The notes below the pieces were generated by a model. The model worked only from the letters and a program-made list of their open reading frames with translations, searched no databases and had not been told where the DNA came from. Shown one piece after another: positions 52,952-63,600 of a stretch of DNA of 64,000 nt. The position numbers were made by a program, and so were the translations under genes. Numbering within the stretch: position 1 is the first letter of the stretch; the number at the start of each line of letters is the position of its first letter. Origin of the DNA: Alphaproteobacteria bacterium (GTDB lineage Bacteria > Pseudomonadota > Alphaproteobacteria > SHVV01); NCBI GenBank assembly GCA_965261735.1, contig OZ253470.1, positions 4,352,001 through 4,416,000 of the forward strand. Direction: 5' to 3'.

Positions 52952-54318
52952 CTGGGATTCCCCATGTTGGAACCGATCCACGCGGGAAAGCGTGCCAAAA
53001 TCGTTCCGGATTGGCAAGCCGCTTGCTGCTGACGGTCGGCGTTGGCCACGTGCGCGATAGAGGGGGCTGGGGGCCCTGGCGGCGTCCGATATTGGGTTCG
53101 ACACGACATTCGAGACGCACCGGTCCCGTGATCGGCCAGCGGTGATCGGTCTGCCGACGGTCATGCCGGACTTGGATTCGGTCTGAGCCGGTCGATGCGG
53201 CGCAGGATATCGGCGAACAGGTCACGGGGGATGGCGACCTCGGCCATCTGGAACGTGACGTAGCGCCCGTGGCGGACGATCTTCGCGCCGATCTTGATGA
53301 GCTTCTCCCGCAGGCTGGTCAGTGACCACTGTTCCACGGCATCGGGCAACGCCAGGGTGCGCATGAAATTACCGAGGTTGTAGGCCAGCGCGTGAAGCTG
53401 CAGCCGGACGGCGTTGTGGTCGAACCTGCGGCACGACAGCCGGGTCCACTTGATGGCGTTCTTGCCTTCCTTGATGTGCTGTTCCGCCGTGCCGCGCTGA
53501 TTGTAAAAGGCGACGACGCGCTCAGCACGGCGCGAGAGGTTGGTCACGATAAAGCCGACGCGCGGGTACAGCTCACCTGGATGCCACTCGACCTTGGCGA
53601 CGACCCGACGGGGCTTCGTCCAAGTGGCAGCCCGATAGCTGAAGCTGGCGTAATACCGGCGCACGTCCTTGGGCGGTCTGCCGACGGGACGCTTGAGCAG
53701 ATGGCCGATGCTGTCCTGGAGCACTCTGTTAGCCGGCAGGCGGATCGCGTACCTGAAGCCTTCGGCTTCGAGGAACTCGTAAATCCCGGGCAATGCAAAC
53801 GCAGCATCTCCTCGGAAGTAGCGCCGAAGCAGCCTGTCTCGATAACGAGCGACAACCGGCTCGAGCACGTCGCGCCATTCGTGGGCGCTGTGCACGTTGC
53901 CGGGGCGAAGCGCGCAGCGCTCCAGATCGCCAAACTGGTTGAACACGAACAGCGGATGATAGCAGGTGCAGCCGAAATGGCCGTTGTAGGCCGTGCCTTC
54001 CTGCTCGCCATGGGTCGGGCTAACGGAGCTGTCCATGTCGAGCACGATGATCTTCAGCCGGTTCCGTGCATGCACTCGGTCGATCCAGACTCCCGGAAGA
54101 GCGGTGAGCGCGGCGAGGTTGTCGTCGATTGTCAGCAACTCAGTCTCGAACCGGCCCATCTGGCTGGTCGATGCGCCGCCGCGCTCGACAGCCTTGCCGC
54201 CGACGACCCACCGCATCGCGGGATCGCGCCCGAGCCGGTCGGCGTCGTTCACATCCTCGTATCCGGCGAGCCGTCCAAAGACGGATTGGCGAAGCAGACC
54301 GACGACACCGTGCCAACC
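52952..54318 (-). mobile_element. IS1380-family element, 5'-truncated (transposase ends 53161)
   Basis: 363-aa ORF colinear with the 22511 copy; right end CTGGGATTCCCCAT. Confidence 0.9.
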
Positions 54319-54736
54319 TGAGGTGGCCCCGGAAAATCGGGCAGGTGTTTAAGGTGTATTCCCCCGACTGAGGAGGGATACGCGATGAGTAAGAGACGCA
54401 GGTTTTCCGGGGAGCTGAAGGCGAAGATCGCGCTTGAGGCGCTTCGTGGCGACCGGACGCTTCAGGAGATCGCCTCGAAGCACCAGGTTCATCCGAACCA
54501 AGTGAGCACATGGAAGCGCCAGGCGATCGATGGTCTTGGCGAAGTGTTTTCGAACGGGGGGCGAGCGCCGCCGTCGGGACCATGAGAGCGAGATCCGTGA
54601 TCTTCACGCGAAGATCGGCGAGTTGACGGTGGAGCGGGATTTTTTGTCTCGAGGGTCCGGTCGATGAGCCGGGCCGAGAGGCGAACGATGGTGATACGCG
54701 CTCACCCGGCGCTGAGCTTGAGCCGTCAATGCCTTA
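54319..54736 (+). mobile_element. IS3-family left end, frameshifted orfA and start of orfB
   Basis: TGAGGTGGCCCC end; RRRFSGELKAKIALEA...VHPNQVSTWK; LSLSRQC. Confidence 0.85.
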
Positions 54737-55762
54737 CCTGCTTATCCCTGAAAGTCATCCGGCGATGAGGAGGCGATAGGGCATGGGCTGGTTTCGTGCG
54801 GCGCTATGGACGAAACGCGGGATCATTGTCTGGAGTTGATAGCGCCGGTTGTAGCGCCAGGCGAAGCTGGCGAGATAGCGTCCGGCATGGTCGGGGCCGA
54901 GCTTGCGATAAGTCCCGGTGATCGCGCTCTTGATGTTGCCGAGCGTCGTGTTCACCCATTTGAACGATGCCATGCGGGCCGCCTGGCGGCCCGACCCGGT
55001 GCGGATCGCCTGGTGGCTGCAGGCGGCTTCTTCGAGTGCGCTCCAGCAGCCCAGGCCGTCCGTCACAACCGCCGCTCCGGGGGCCAGCCAGTGCTTGGCG
55101 CCGCGCGCGATCTCGCGCTTGCGGAAGCCCTTGACCGGCGCCAGCTTCAGCTTGCGCGGGCGCCCCTCGGGACTGGTCGAGACCGCCGCCACGAAGGGCG
55201 TTTTGCCCGCCGCGCCGCGGCCCCGCTTGCCGCCGGAGCGCACCCCGCCGAGATAGGCGTCGTCCATCTCGACCCGCCCCGTAAGCGCCGTCTCCCCCTC
55301 GCGCCGCGCCATCACCGCCATGATCTTGTGCTTCACGGCCCAGGCCGTCGGCTGCTTGACCCCGAGACGGCGGCCGAGTTCCACCGACGAGATGCCGTTC
55401 TTCGCCGTCACGATCAGGTGGATGGCGGCAAACCAGACTGTCAGCGGCAGCTTGGTCGCGTGGAAGATCGTGCCCGCCGTGGGCGATGTCTGCTTCTTGC
55501 ACCGGTTGCATTGATAGAGACCCCGACCCGCCAACACGCAATGCTCCCGATGGCCGCAGCAGGGGCAGACGAAGCCGCCCGGCCAGCGCAGCCGGACCAG
55601 CGCCGCGCGGCACTGCTCCTTGGTGCCGAAGGCCTCCCGAAACGCCTCGTCGTTCAGACCACGCACGCGCGATGCAACCTTGAACCCCATAACCGTGACG
55701 CCCTCATACAGAACATATTGAGAACATACATCCCCACAGGCAGAGTGTCACGGATAAGCAGG
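54737..55762 (-). mobile_element. IS1595-family element, second type (transposase 54755..55690)
   Basis: TIR CCTGCTTATCC; VEMDDAYLGG, VTDG, FAWRYNRR; no TSD. Confidence 0.92.
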
Positions 55763-56373
55763 AACAACGATGGTCGAAGTCTGTTCCGCATGGAACCGTG
55801 CAACGGGGGTTCGGGTAACATGGACCGGCCTCCGAGCCTTCCTGACTTGCCGCGCCGTTTTACGCGTGATAACGCCAGTTATCGAGCGCAATAACGGGGG
55901 GCTGACGATGCGCTATTCCGGGCGTGATCAACAGACGGGCGGTCGCCGGGTGGCGGCGTCCACCGCACAGTGGCTGGTGGATGGTTTGGTCCCGGCGTGG
56001 TGTCGCCGGGCATGGGCGTGGGCGCGTTGGAGCGTGGCCGGGGCCGGGCTGCCGGTCTCTCCCGAGCGAAGAGAGCGCCGGGAGTCCTCTTCAGCTTCGC
56101 CGGCGGCATCTGCCTGCCCCGGCCCGGACGGCGGTGCGGCGGGACGCGGCTTGTCCGCGCGCGCCGCGTGATGCGGACGGCCGAGGAGTGTGCCGTACCC
56201 CGGCCGAGCCAGATAGTGAATGCGACCTAGGAGCTTGCGTCGCAGAACGCTTTTGGGCACCTTCGGACACCATATGTAGTGGTAAGGAAGATCTGATATA
56301 GCTATATATGGTAACCAATTTTTCTACGGCGCAGGCTCCTAGAGGTCAGCCTACCGTCGGCCGCCGCTAATCA

Positions 56374-59300
56374 TCACGCCGCCCTCGCAAATTGGTCGTT
56401 GACGGCCTGCTGCCAGACATGGGCGTAGACCTCATCCGCGACCGCCCCCTTTTCCTCGTTTGTGAAAGGCGGTGTTGGCAGGCTGGCGTAGTCTTGGTCG
56501 AGGATGAACATCTTGACCTCCGCCTTGGTCTGTTCCTTCTCCCAAAAGCGGTCGAGCTCAGAGAGGCGCGCCTTGATCGTATCCAAGAGGTCCCGGCTCG
56601 CCTGCTTGACTCGCTCTCTTTCGCCTGTGGCGAGATTATCCTTCTTCAACAGGTCGAACAGGGCGAGCTCGTCCTCGCTGAGCCCTTCCTCGACTGCGCG
56701 CTTCTCCTCCGCGTCCAGCTCTTCAACCAAGTCGACCAAACGCTGGAAGGTCTCCTCGATGGTGGCGCGGTCCTTCTCGCGGTTGTAGTCGGCGACGATC
56801 TCTTCGTACTTCTGCTGATAGTCCATGCGCGACGGGTTGCGCGCCAGCATCTCGGCCAGCTTCTGCTCGATGATCTCGCGGATGTCCTGGAGCGCGGTCG
56901 CCTGGTGGCGGACCTTGTTCGCGAACTCGTTACGTAGCTTTTCCATGTCGATCTGGCTGAGGTCAAAGGTCAGCCCCTCGGCCTGGTCGTCACCTGGCGT
57001 CTGCGTGCGGATCGCCTCGTTGACGATCCGGTGCAGCTCCTTGAGCAGCGCCGTCACGTCTGCGGTGTCGCGCCGCTCTGTCAGCTTCTTGTAGATCGCT
57101 TCGATGTTGTCGTGCCGCTCGGCATACGCATAAACGCTGGGCTCCATCAGAAGTGCCTTGAAGCGCGTGAACACCTGCCGTGCCAGCAGCTCGAACCGGC
57201 GCTTCGCCTCATCGCTCGAATAGACGGCCTCGACCGCGTCCTTCAGCCCCTTGATGCGGGCGAAACCGGTCGAGCCGACGAGCGTCGCCGGGTCGAACCC
57301 GAGGTCACGCAAGTGCGCCTCCGTCGCCTCGATGGCCTCGATCAGGGCCTGCACGCGCTCTTCTACCGGTTCGACAATCTCCCCGTCGCCGTCGCCGTCG
57401 CCGTCGTCGCCCAACGCATATTGCGCCAGCGCCTCGCGCAGGCTCTTCAGCATGCCGTTGTAGTCGACGATCAGGCCGAAATCCTTGCCGGGATAGACCC
57501 TGTTCGCCCGCGCGATCGCCTGCATCAGCGTGTGCGCCTTCATCGGCTTGTCGATGTAGAGAGTGGACAGGCATTCCACGTCGAAGCCCGTCATCCACAT
57601 CGCGCACACGATGGCGACACGGAAGGGATGCTCTGGATTCTTGAACGCGCTCTCTACATCGACGCGCTCCCCATCTGTGGTCTCGAAACCCCGCTTCATC
57701 ACGGCGCGATGAGGGATGATGTCGAAGCCCCATCTCGCGAAGTCTTTGACCTCGTTCTGCGCCTCGCTGATGATGATCTCGACGACGGTCTCATCCATCC
57801 AGGCAGCCTGAGCCGCCAGCTTGTCAGCCTCCTCCATAAGCTTGGCGCGGCCGATCTCGTCGCCCGCTGTCGCGGCTTCCGCTCGTTTCGCGTCTGCAGC
57901 CTCGCGGACCTCTGTCGCCTTCTCCTTCCATCTCGGTTGGATTAGCTGGAGCATCCGGGCACACGTGATCTTGTCGATGCAAACCAGCATCGACTTGCCC
58001 GACTCCCACCGGGTCGCGCAGTGTTCGACGAAATCGACGGCGATCTTGTCCAGCCGTTCGTCGGCAGTGATGACTTCGTAATCTTGGCCCAGCAGCTTCT
58101 CGAGCAGCGCCTCCTGATCGGGATTGAGTTCGGCATACGCGATCGTTGCCGCGATGATTTCGTTCAGGTCGGTGCGCGCCACGCCCAGCTTCTCGCCGCG
58201 ATTCTCGTAGACCAGCTTGACGGTCGCGCCGTCCTCCTCGGACCGCTTGAAGTCGTAGCGCGAGACGTAATCGCCGAAGATGCGTTTGGTAAGCTCATCC
58301 TGCTTGAACAGCGGCGTGCCGGTGAAGCCGATGAAAGCCGCGTTCGGCAACGCGAGCCGCATGTTGCGCGCCAGCCGCCCTGCCTGCGTGCGATGCGCCT
58401 CGTCGGAGATCACGATGATGTCGTCGCGCTCGCTGTAGGGCTGCTTCGGGTTCACGTCCTTGTTGAACTTGTGAATCAGGCTGAACACGTAGCGGCGGTT
58501 CTCCTTCAGAAGCCGCTCCAGATCGTGACCGGACGCTGCTCGTGGCGTCTTTTCGTCCGCGACGCCGCAGCCGACGAAGGTCCTGTAGATCTGGCTGCTC
58601 AGATCGTTGCGGTCGGTCATCAGCAGGAAGGTGAAGTTGCCTTCCAGTTTCCGCCGCACCTTCTGGGCGAAGAAGGCCATGGAGTATGACTTGCCGCTGC
58701 CCTGCGTGTGCCAGAACACGCCAAGCCGGCCCAGATCGGGATGCGCCCTCTCGATGATATCGACCGGCCCCTCGGGGATGAACGGCGAGGCCGCTTCGGT
58801 CAAAGCCTGTGCCGGCAGCGTCCTTGCCGAGGCGCGGGACTCGAGCGGCAGTTCGACGACGCGGTGCCTAAGGCGCTGCTCTGGCGGGAACTCCAGCTTC
58901 AGCGCCTCCTGCTTCGCCACCGATGCCACCGCCCTGTTGACTCCCAGCACCTGGTGGTTGCGCGCGATCACCTTCCGCGTCGTGCCGGGCTTGCTGTCAT
59001 CGAACAGGATGAAGTTTTCGACGATATCGAGCAGCCGGTCGTGTGCCAGCATGCCGTTCAGCAGCACTCTGGCCGCCAGGTCGCCACTGTCGGCCTCGTC
59101 GTGCCGTTTCCACTCGGCAAAGTGCTCCCACTCGCTGGTGATGGAGCCGTAGCGGGCGCGGTCGCCGTTCGAGACGATCAGGAAGGCGTTGTGATGGAAG
59201 GCTTGCGCAATGACGCTCTCGTCCATGTAGTCGGAGAGGTTGTTGTCGAAACCCTCGCGGATGTTCTTGTGGACGGCCTTCAGCTCGATGAAGACCAGCG

Positions 59301-59793
59301 GCAGCCCGTTGATGAAACAGACCAGATCAGCGCGGCGGTTGTAGTTGGGCGTGCGGATGCCGGTGAGCGTCAGCTCACGCACGGCGAGGAAGCGGTTGGA
59401 ACCCAGCGCGTTGTCGAAATCGATCACTCGGGCACGGGCGGACTTCCGGTGGCCTTGAGTATCCCGATATTCAACGGGCACGCCGCCACGGAGCAGGCGG
59501 TAGAAGTCCCGGTTGTGCTGCAACATTGAGCGGCTAACGTTGTATTCCGTCAGCGCCCTTAGCGCGTCCTCGATGGCGCTGACGGGCAGATCTGGATTGA
59601 GCCGTTCCAGCGCCGCCCTTAGGTCGCGGGTCAGCAGCGCGTCTTTGGTGTCGGAACGGCCGAGAGTGCCGTCCGGCCCGAAGATCTCCTGGTTCCAGGC
59701 ATAGACGCTGTCCCAGTCCAGCACCCGCTCCAAATGCTCGGCGAAGGTCGCCTGCACCAGCCGATCCTCGCTGTTGACGGGCGTCACCGCCAT
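56374..59793 (-). CDS. hsdR: Type I restriction endonuclease subunit R
   Basis: RADLVCFINGLPLVFIELK, HTQGSGKS, DEAH, FTGTP, QAIARANR. Confidence 0.95.
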   Translation of the reverse strand: MAVTPVNSEDRLVQATFAEHLERVLDWDSVYAWNQEIFGPDGTLGRSDTKDALLTRDLRAALERLNPDLPVSAIEDALRALTEYNVSRSMLQHNRDFYRLLRGGVPVEYRDTQGHRKSARARVIDFDNALGSNRFLAVRELTLTGIRTPNYNRRADLVCFINGLPLVFIELKAVHKNIREGFDNNLSDYMDESVIAQAFHHNAFLIVSNGDRARYGSITSEWEHFAEWKRHDEADSGDLAARVLLNGMLAHDRLLDIVENFILFDDSKPGTTRKVIARNHQVLGVNRAVASVAKQEALKLEFPPEQRLRHRVVELPLESRASARTLPAQALTEAASPFIPEGPVDIIERAHPDLGRLGVFWHTQGSGKSYSMAFFAQKVRRKLEGNFTFLLMTDRNDLSSQIYRTFVGCGVADEKTPRAASGHDLERLLKENRRYVFSLIHKFNKDVNPKQPYSERDDIIVISDEAHRTQAGRLARNMRLALPNAAFIGFTGTPLFKQDELTKRIFGDYVSRYDFKRSEEDGATVKLVYENRGEKLGVARTDLNEIIAATIAYAELNPDQEALLEKLLGQDYEVITADERLDKIAVDFVEHCATRWESGKSMLVCIDKITCARMLQLIQPRWKEKATEVREAADAKRAEAATAGDEIGRAKLMEEADKLAAQAAWMDETVVEIIISEAQNEVKDFARWGFDIIPHRAVMKRGFETTDGERVDVESAFKNPEHPFRVAIVCAMWMTGFDVECLSTLYIDKPMKAHTLMQAIARANRVYPGKDFGLIVDYNGMLKSLREALAQYALGDDGDGDGDGEIVEPVEERVQALIEAIEATEAHLRDLGFDPATLVGSTGFARIKGLKDAVEAVYSSDEAKRRFELLARQVFTRFKALLMEPSVYAYAERHDNIEAIYKKLTERRDTADVTALLKELHRIVNEAIRTQTPGDDQAEGLTFDLSQIDMEKLRNEFANKVRHQATALQDIREIIEQKLAEMLARNPSRMDYQQKYEEIVADYNREKDRATIEETFQRLVDLVEELDAEEKRAVEEGLSEDELALFDLLKKDNLATGERERVKQASRDLLDTIKARLSELDRFWEKEQTKAEVKMFILDQDYASLPTPPFTNEEKGAVADEVYAHVWQQAVNDQFARAA

Positions 59794-59830
59794 GGCGCAC
59801 ACGCGCATGTGCCGGTGATCTGCGTCAGCA

Positions 59831-61024
59831 TCAGACCGCGATCTCCCCGTCCATCAGGCGCGGGAGGAGAAGGTCGCGGGCTTGGGCCAACTTCTCGTTC
59901 TGATTAGTGAGGCATAAGACTTGTTCGTCAAAGGAATTCGCTTGACATTCAAACTCCTTCAGCAGTCGTGGCGTGGGTCCAATAAGCGCTTGGCTTTCAA
60001 GCTCTTTCTTGTTTGTTGCTGCGTAGATTGATCCTGAACCGATGATGTCCTCTGCATGGAAATGGTTCTTCAACGCATAGAACAAGAAAGATTGCTGTGC
60101 AGCCCGCGAGCGGATTGCGGCAAGGCCCCTTCCCAGCACAATGTTGTTTCGGGTAATATTGATCCGCCCCACAGGAGCACGAACGCTCACAAGAATGTCG
60201 CCCGCCGCAGCGACTTTAGTCACCGCAGAAGAGTAAATTTGGTCTGTGAGGAAGCGTCGTCCGTAGCCTGTAACGCCTTGATGAAAGGGAAAGCCTTCAC
60301 CGATTTCATTGTAAAAAATTGACTTAGGGCTTTGCCCCATCACCACTTCAGCAATCTCAATCAGGGGCTTCCACCCCCACCCCTCAGGAAGGCCATCGTC
60401 GAACTTGACGTGTTCGTGACCGGGAAAGCGGAAGTGGACGAACCATTCGCGGTACAGAAGCCGCGCCGCCTCTTCCAGCAACGCAATCCGCCGCCGGTTA
60501 TTTTGGATCAAGTCATCGTAGGCAGAGAGGATATCACATATTTTTCGCTGAATAGCGACCGGGGGAGCTTCTACCCTAATTGCGTAAATGCGTTTCGGAG
60601 CTGTGTGCTTGACTTTCGTTCCTGAGGCGGTAGCTCGAATTTGTCCTCTTACCTGCGGAGTGTTGAACAGCCGATACAAATATCCTTTGTTCAGCTTGCG
60701 CTCGTCAAGATTTTGAATTAACCCGATACGCTGGTTATGTAAATAACTCCCGTCTTCAGGGATCAGGGCGCTGCTACCTAGCAAGCCCTCTCCTTGTTCC
60801 GTCATTGCAATCACTAGATCACCGGGTTGCAATACAAACTCGTCGGGCGGCTCGATGGTATAGAAGCGGTCCTTGCCAGGCCGGGAGCGGAAGCCACCCG
60901 GCTCAAAGAAATTACCTGGTGTCAAAACGATGTGTTCGCCACTGTTTCCAAAGTACCGACTCTTGAACGCCGAACCATGTTTGATTGTGAAACACTCGCC
61001 TAGAGCAATCTCCTGCCAGCTCAC
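59831..61024 (-). CDS. hsdS: Type I R-M specificity subunit
   Basis: Two TRDs; QRKI..ILSAYDDLI.NNRRRI and RDLLLPRLM conserved helices. Confidence 0.95.
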   Translation of the reverse strand: MSWQEIALGECFTIKHGSAFKSRYFGNSGEHIVLTPGNFFEPGGFRSRPGKDRFYTIEPPDEFVLQPGDLVIAMTEQGEGLLGSSALIPEDGSYLHNQRIGLIQNLDERKLNKGYLYRLFNTPQVRGQIRATASGTKVKHTAPKRIYAIRVEAPPVAIQRKICDILSAYDDLIQNNRRRIALLEEAARLLYREWFVHFRFPGHEHVKFDDGLPEGWGWKPLIEIAEVVMGQSPKSIFYNEIGEGFPFHQGVTGYGRRFLTDQIYSSAVTKVAAAGDILVSVRAPVGRINITRNNIVLGRGLAAIRSRAAQQSFLFYALKNHFHAEDIIGSGSIYAATNKKELESQALIGPTPRLLKEFECQANSFDEQVLCLTNQNEKLAQARDLLLPRLMDGEIAV

Positions 61025-63135
61025 GCCACCAACTCCTTAAATTTCTGAGCGATCCGCTCAGCGAGTTCCGCCGCTTCATCATTCAGCCCCTTGATATCGA
61101 TGTGGATCGACCGCAGCGCCTCCGCGAAGTCGAAGTCCTCGTCCTTCTCTTCGGGCGCCACGCCAACATAGCGGCCCGGTGTCAGGCTCCAGTCGTGCGC
61201 CTCGATCTCGGCGCGGTCGACCAGCTTCACCAGCCCCTCGACATCCCGCAGCTCGGCATCGGGGAAGCGCTCGTGCAGCCAGTCCGCCTGTCTCACGAAA
61301 TACCGTGCCCGGCGCAATGCCTCCACGGCCCCAGCCCGCGCGCCCTCCAGTGCCTTGCGCGCCTTGTTGATGTCCGTATTGGCCCAGAGTTCGGATCCCC
61401 GTGCATCGAGTTCCTTCACGGCGGTATCGATCGCGCGCCCCGCGAGTTTCGCGGCGAGGTCGATTTGCCTGGTCAGGTCCCGGCAGCGGTCGGCCGTGTC
61501 GTGCAAGCCTTCGCGCGCCTTGTGCAGCGCGGCATTGTCCCGACTCGGTCCGTTGCCGCCCTTCGCCCAGTCGGCAGTCCGGGCGGTGACCTCGCCTTCG
61601 AACGCCTCGATGTCAGCCGACAGGGTGGCCTGCACGGAAGTCAGCTCCTCCCAGGTGCCTGCCATCGGGTCGGGATCGTGCCTCTGGGTCGCGTAGGGTT
61701 CGGCCAGATCGATCAGCGCGCCCAGCGCCTCCTCGAACGTCCCCAGCGACTCGTCGGTCGTCTGGCCTTCCGCCAGGGCCTGTGAGAGGTAGGTCTCCAC
61801 CAGTTGGAGGAACCGCTCCGTCTGCCCCCGATAGAGCCAGACGATGGCGGCGATGTTCTTTTGCTGCTCCGGGCTGAAGTCGAAGATGGCGCGCGTGACC
61901 TTGCGGTAGATGTTGCGCGCATCGAGCATCAGCACATGGTCGCGCCGGGCCTCGTCCCGTTCTTTCGCGCGGTCAAGGAACCAGAGCTGGCAGGGCACCG
62001 TGCGCGTGTAGAAGAAGTTGCCACGGATATCGATCATTACGTCGACCGCGCCGGTCTCGATCAGCTTCTGGCGGACCTTCGCCTCGTCCCGACCGGCGCT
62101 GGAGGCCTGCGACGACATCACGATACCGGCGCGGCCGCCCTCGTTCAGATAGCTGTAAAAATACTGAAGCCACAGGTAGTTGGCGTTCGAGACCTTCTTG
62201 GCCTTGTTCACGCCAGGCAGGCCGAAGGGAAGGCGCTTGTCGCCCTTGACCTTCTCGGCGTCGACCTCGTCCACATTGAACGGCGGATTGGCCATCACGA
62301 AGTCGCACGCGTCGACCAGCTCATGCGGGTCCTTGTAGTAGGTAATGGCCTCGTTCCCAGCCCGAATGGTGCCCTGCAGGCCGTGAACGGCGAGGTTGAT
62401 CTGGGCGAGCTTCGCGGTCGTCTCGTTCTTCTCGTGACCGTAGAAGGTCACCCGCTCCATGGTGTTCTCGCCTTCACCCTCGATGAAGTGGCTCGACTGC
62501 ACGAACATACCCCCCGAGCCGCAGGCGGGATCGAAGATCACGCCGTGATCGGGCTCGATCACGTTGACGATGGTCTGGACGATGGAGGGCGGGGTGAAGA
62601 ACTCGCCGTTGTCGTGCGCACCCTGCTTCGAGAACTCGACAAGGAAGTACTCGTAGATGCGGCCGAACACGTCGCCCGAGGCCGTGCGCAGCGCCTCGGA
62701 ATCGAAGGCCCGCATCATGCCTTCGAGAACATCGTCCTCAAAGTGCGTGTAGTCCTTCGGCAACTGCCCGGCAAGCGGAGGGAAGTGGTCTTCCACGGCC
62801 TCCATGGCGGCTGTCACGGCGGCGCCGAGATTGCCGTCCTTCGGCCTCTCCAGCTGCACGTCAAAGCGGGCCGCCTCGGGCAGCATCAGGGCACGGCGGC
62901 TCTTGAAATCATCCTCCACGAGAGGCCGGTCGGGCATACCTCCGGCAGCCTTGTCGGCTTCGATTGCCTTCAGCGTCGCGTAATAGCGGTTCGTCGCATG
63001 GCGCAGGAAGATCAGGCCCAGGATGGGCATGAAGTACTCGTTCGATGCGAGGTTCGAATTGGCCCGCAGGCCATCAGCGACCTTCCAGAGGTCCGCCTCG
63101 AATCGTTCGATGCCGGTAAGGTGGTCAGCAATCAT
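61021..63135 (-). CDS. hsdM: Type I R-M methyltransferase subunit
   Basis: GEFFTP, DPACGSGGM, NPPF, SLTPGRYVG. Confidence 0.95.
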   Translation of the reverse strand: MIADHLTGIERFEADLWKVADGLRANSNLASNEYFMPILGLIFLRHATNRYYATLKAIEADKAAGGMPDRPLVEDDFKSRRALMLPEAARFDVQLERPKDGNLGAAVTAAMEAVEDHFPPLAGQLPKDYTHFEDDVLEGMMRAFDSEALRTASGDVFGRIYEYFLVEFSKQGAHDNGEFFTPPSIVQTIVNVIEPDHGVIFDPACGSGGMFVQSSHFIEGEGENTMERVTFYGHEKNETTAKLAQINLAVHGLQGTIRAGNEAITYYKDPHELVDACDFVMANPPFNVDEVDAEKVKGDKRLPFGLPGVNKAKKVSNANYLWLQYFYSYLNEGGRAGIVMSSQASSAGRDEAKVRQKLIETGAVDVMIDIRGNFFYTRTVPCQLWFLDRAKERDEARRDHVLMLDARNIYRKVTRAIFDFSPEQQKNIAAIVWLYRGQTERFLQLVETYLSQALAEGQTTDESLGTFEEALGALIDLAEPYATQRHDPDPMAGTWEELTSVQATLSADIEAFEGEVTARTADWAKGGNGPSRDNAALHKAREGLHDTADRCRDLTRQIDLAAKLAGRAIDTAVKELDARGSELWANTDINKARKALEGARAGAVEALRRARYFVRQADWLHERFPDAELRDVEGLVKLVDRAEIEAHDWSLTPGRYVGVAPEEKDEDFDFAEALRSIHIDIKGLNDEAAELAERIAQKFKELVA

Positions 63136-63243
63136 TCTTCCGTCGTCTTTCTCATGTTCTTCTCCATCGAGGCCGTACCGGTCGCCTGCGGCACCCTCAG
63201 CCGCTCATACTCCTCGACCGCCAACACGACGACAAGCGGGCGT
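63132..63243 (-). pseudogene. Phd/YefM-type antitoxin C-terminal part, overlapping the hsdM start
   Basis: Manual translation RPLVVVLAVEEYERLR...TTEE*; ATGA overlap with hsdM. Confidence 0.65.
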
Positions 63244-63600
63244 GTCGACCCGCTCGGTCGACGACCTGGTGCAGGCCATGGGCATGTCGGGCGTCTCCAA
63301 GAGCCAGGTCTCCAGGCTGTGCGGCGAGATCGACGATAAGGTCAACGGCTTCCTCGATCGATCGCTGGAGGGCGACTGGCCCTATCTGTGGCTCGACGCA
63401 ACCTATGTGAAGGTGCGTGAGGCCGGGCGCATCGTCTCGGTCGCGGTGACCGTGGCTGTGGCCGTCAACGACCAGGGCCGTCGCGAGGTCCTGGGCATGG
63501 CGATCGGCGCGTCTGAGGCCGAGACCTTCTGGACCGAGTTCCTGCGCTCGCTGGCCCGGCGCGGTCTGCGCGGCGTCCAGCTCGTGATCTCCGACGACCG
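63237..63600 (+). pseudogene. IS256-family transposase internal fragment
   Basis: GVSTRSV, SKSQVS, YLWLDATY, GRREVLG, LVISD. Confidence 0.9.

Noticed and set aside
57382-57411. (CCGTCG)n repeat in hsdR as a phase-variation switch
   Set aside because: The 6-bp unit keeps the frame and only encodes a GD linker
38198-59808. Identical MRVCAM N-termini on the IS630 and HsdR ORFs
   Set aside because: Codons differ, both are upstream extensions before the likely start, and flanks share nothing; treated as coincidence
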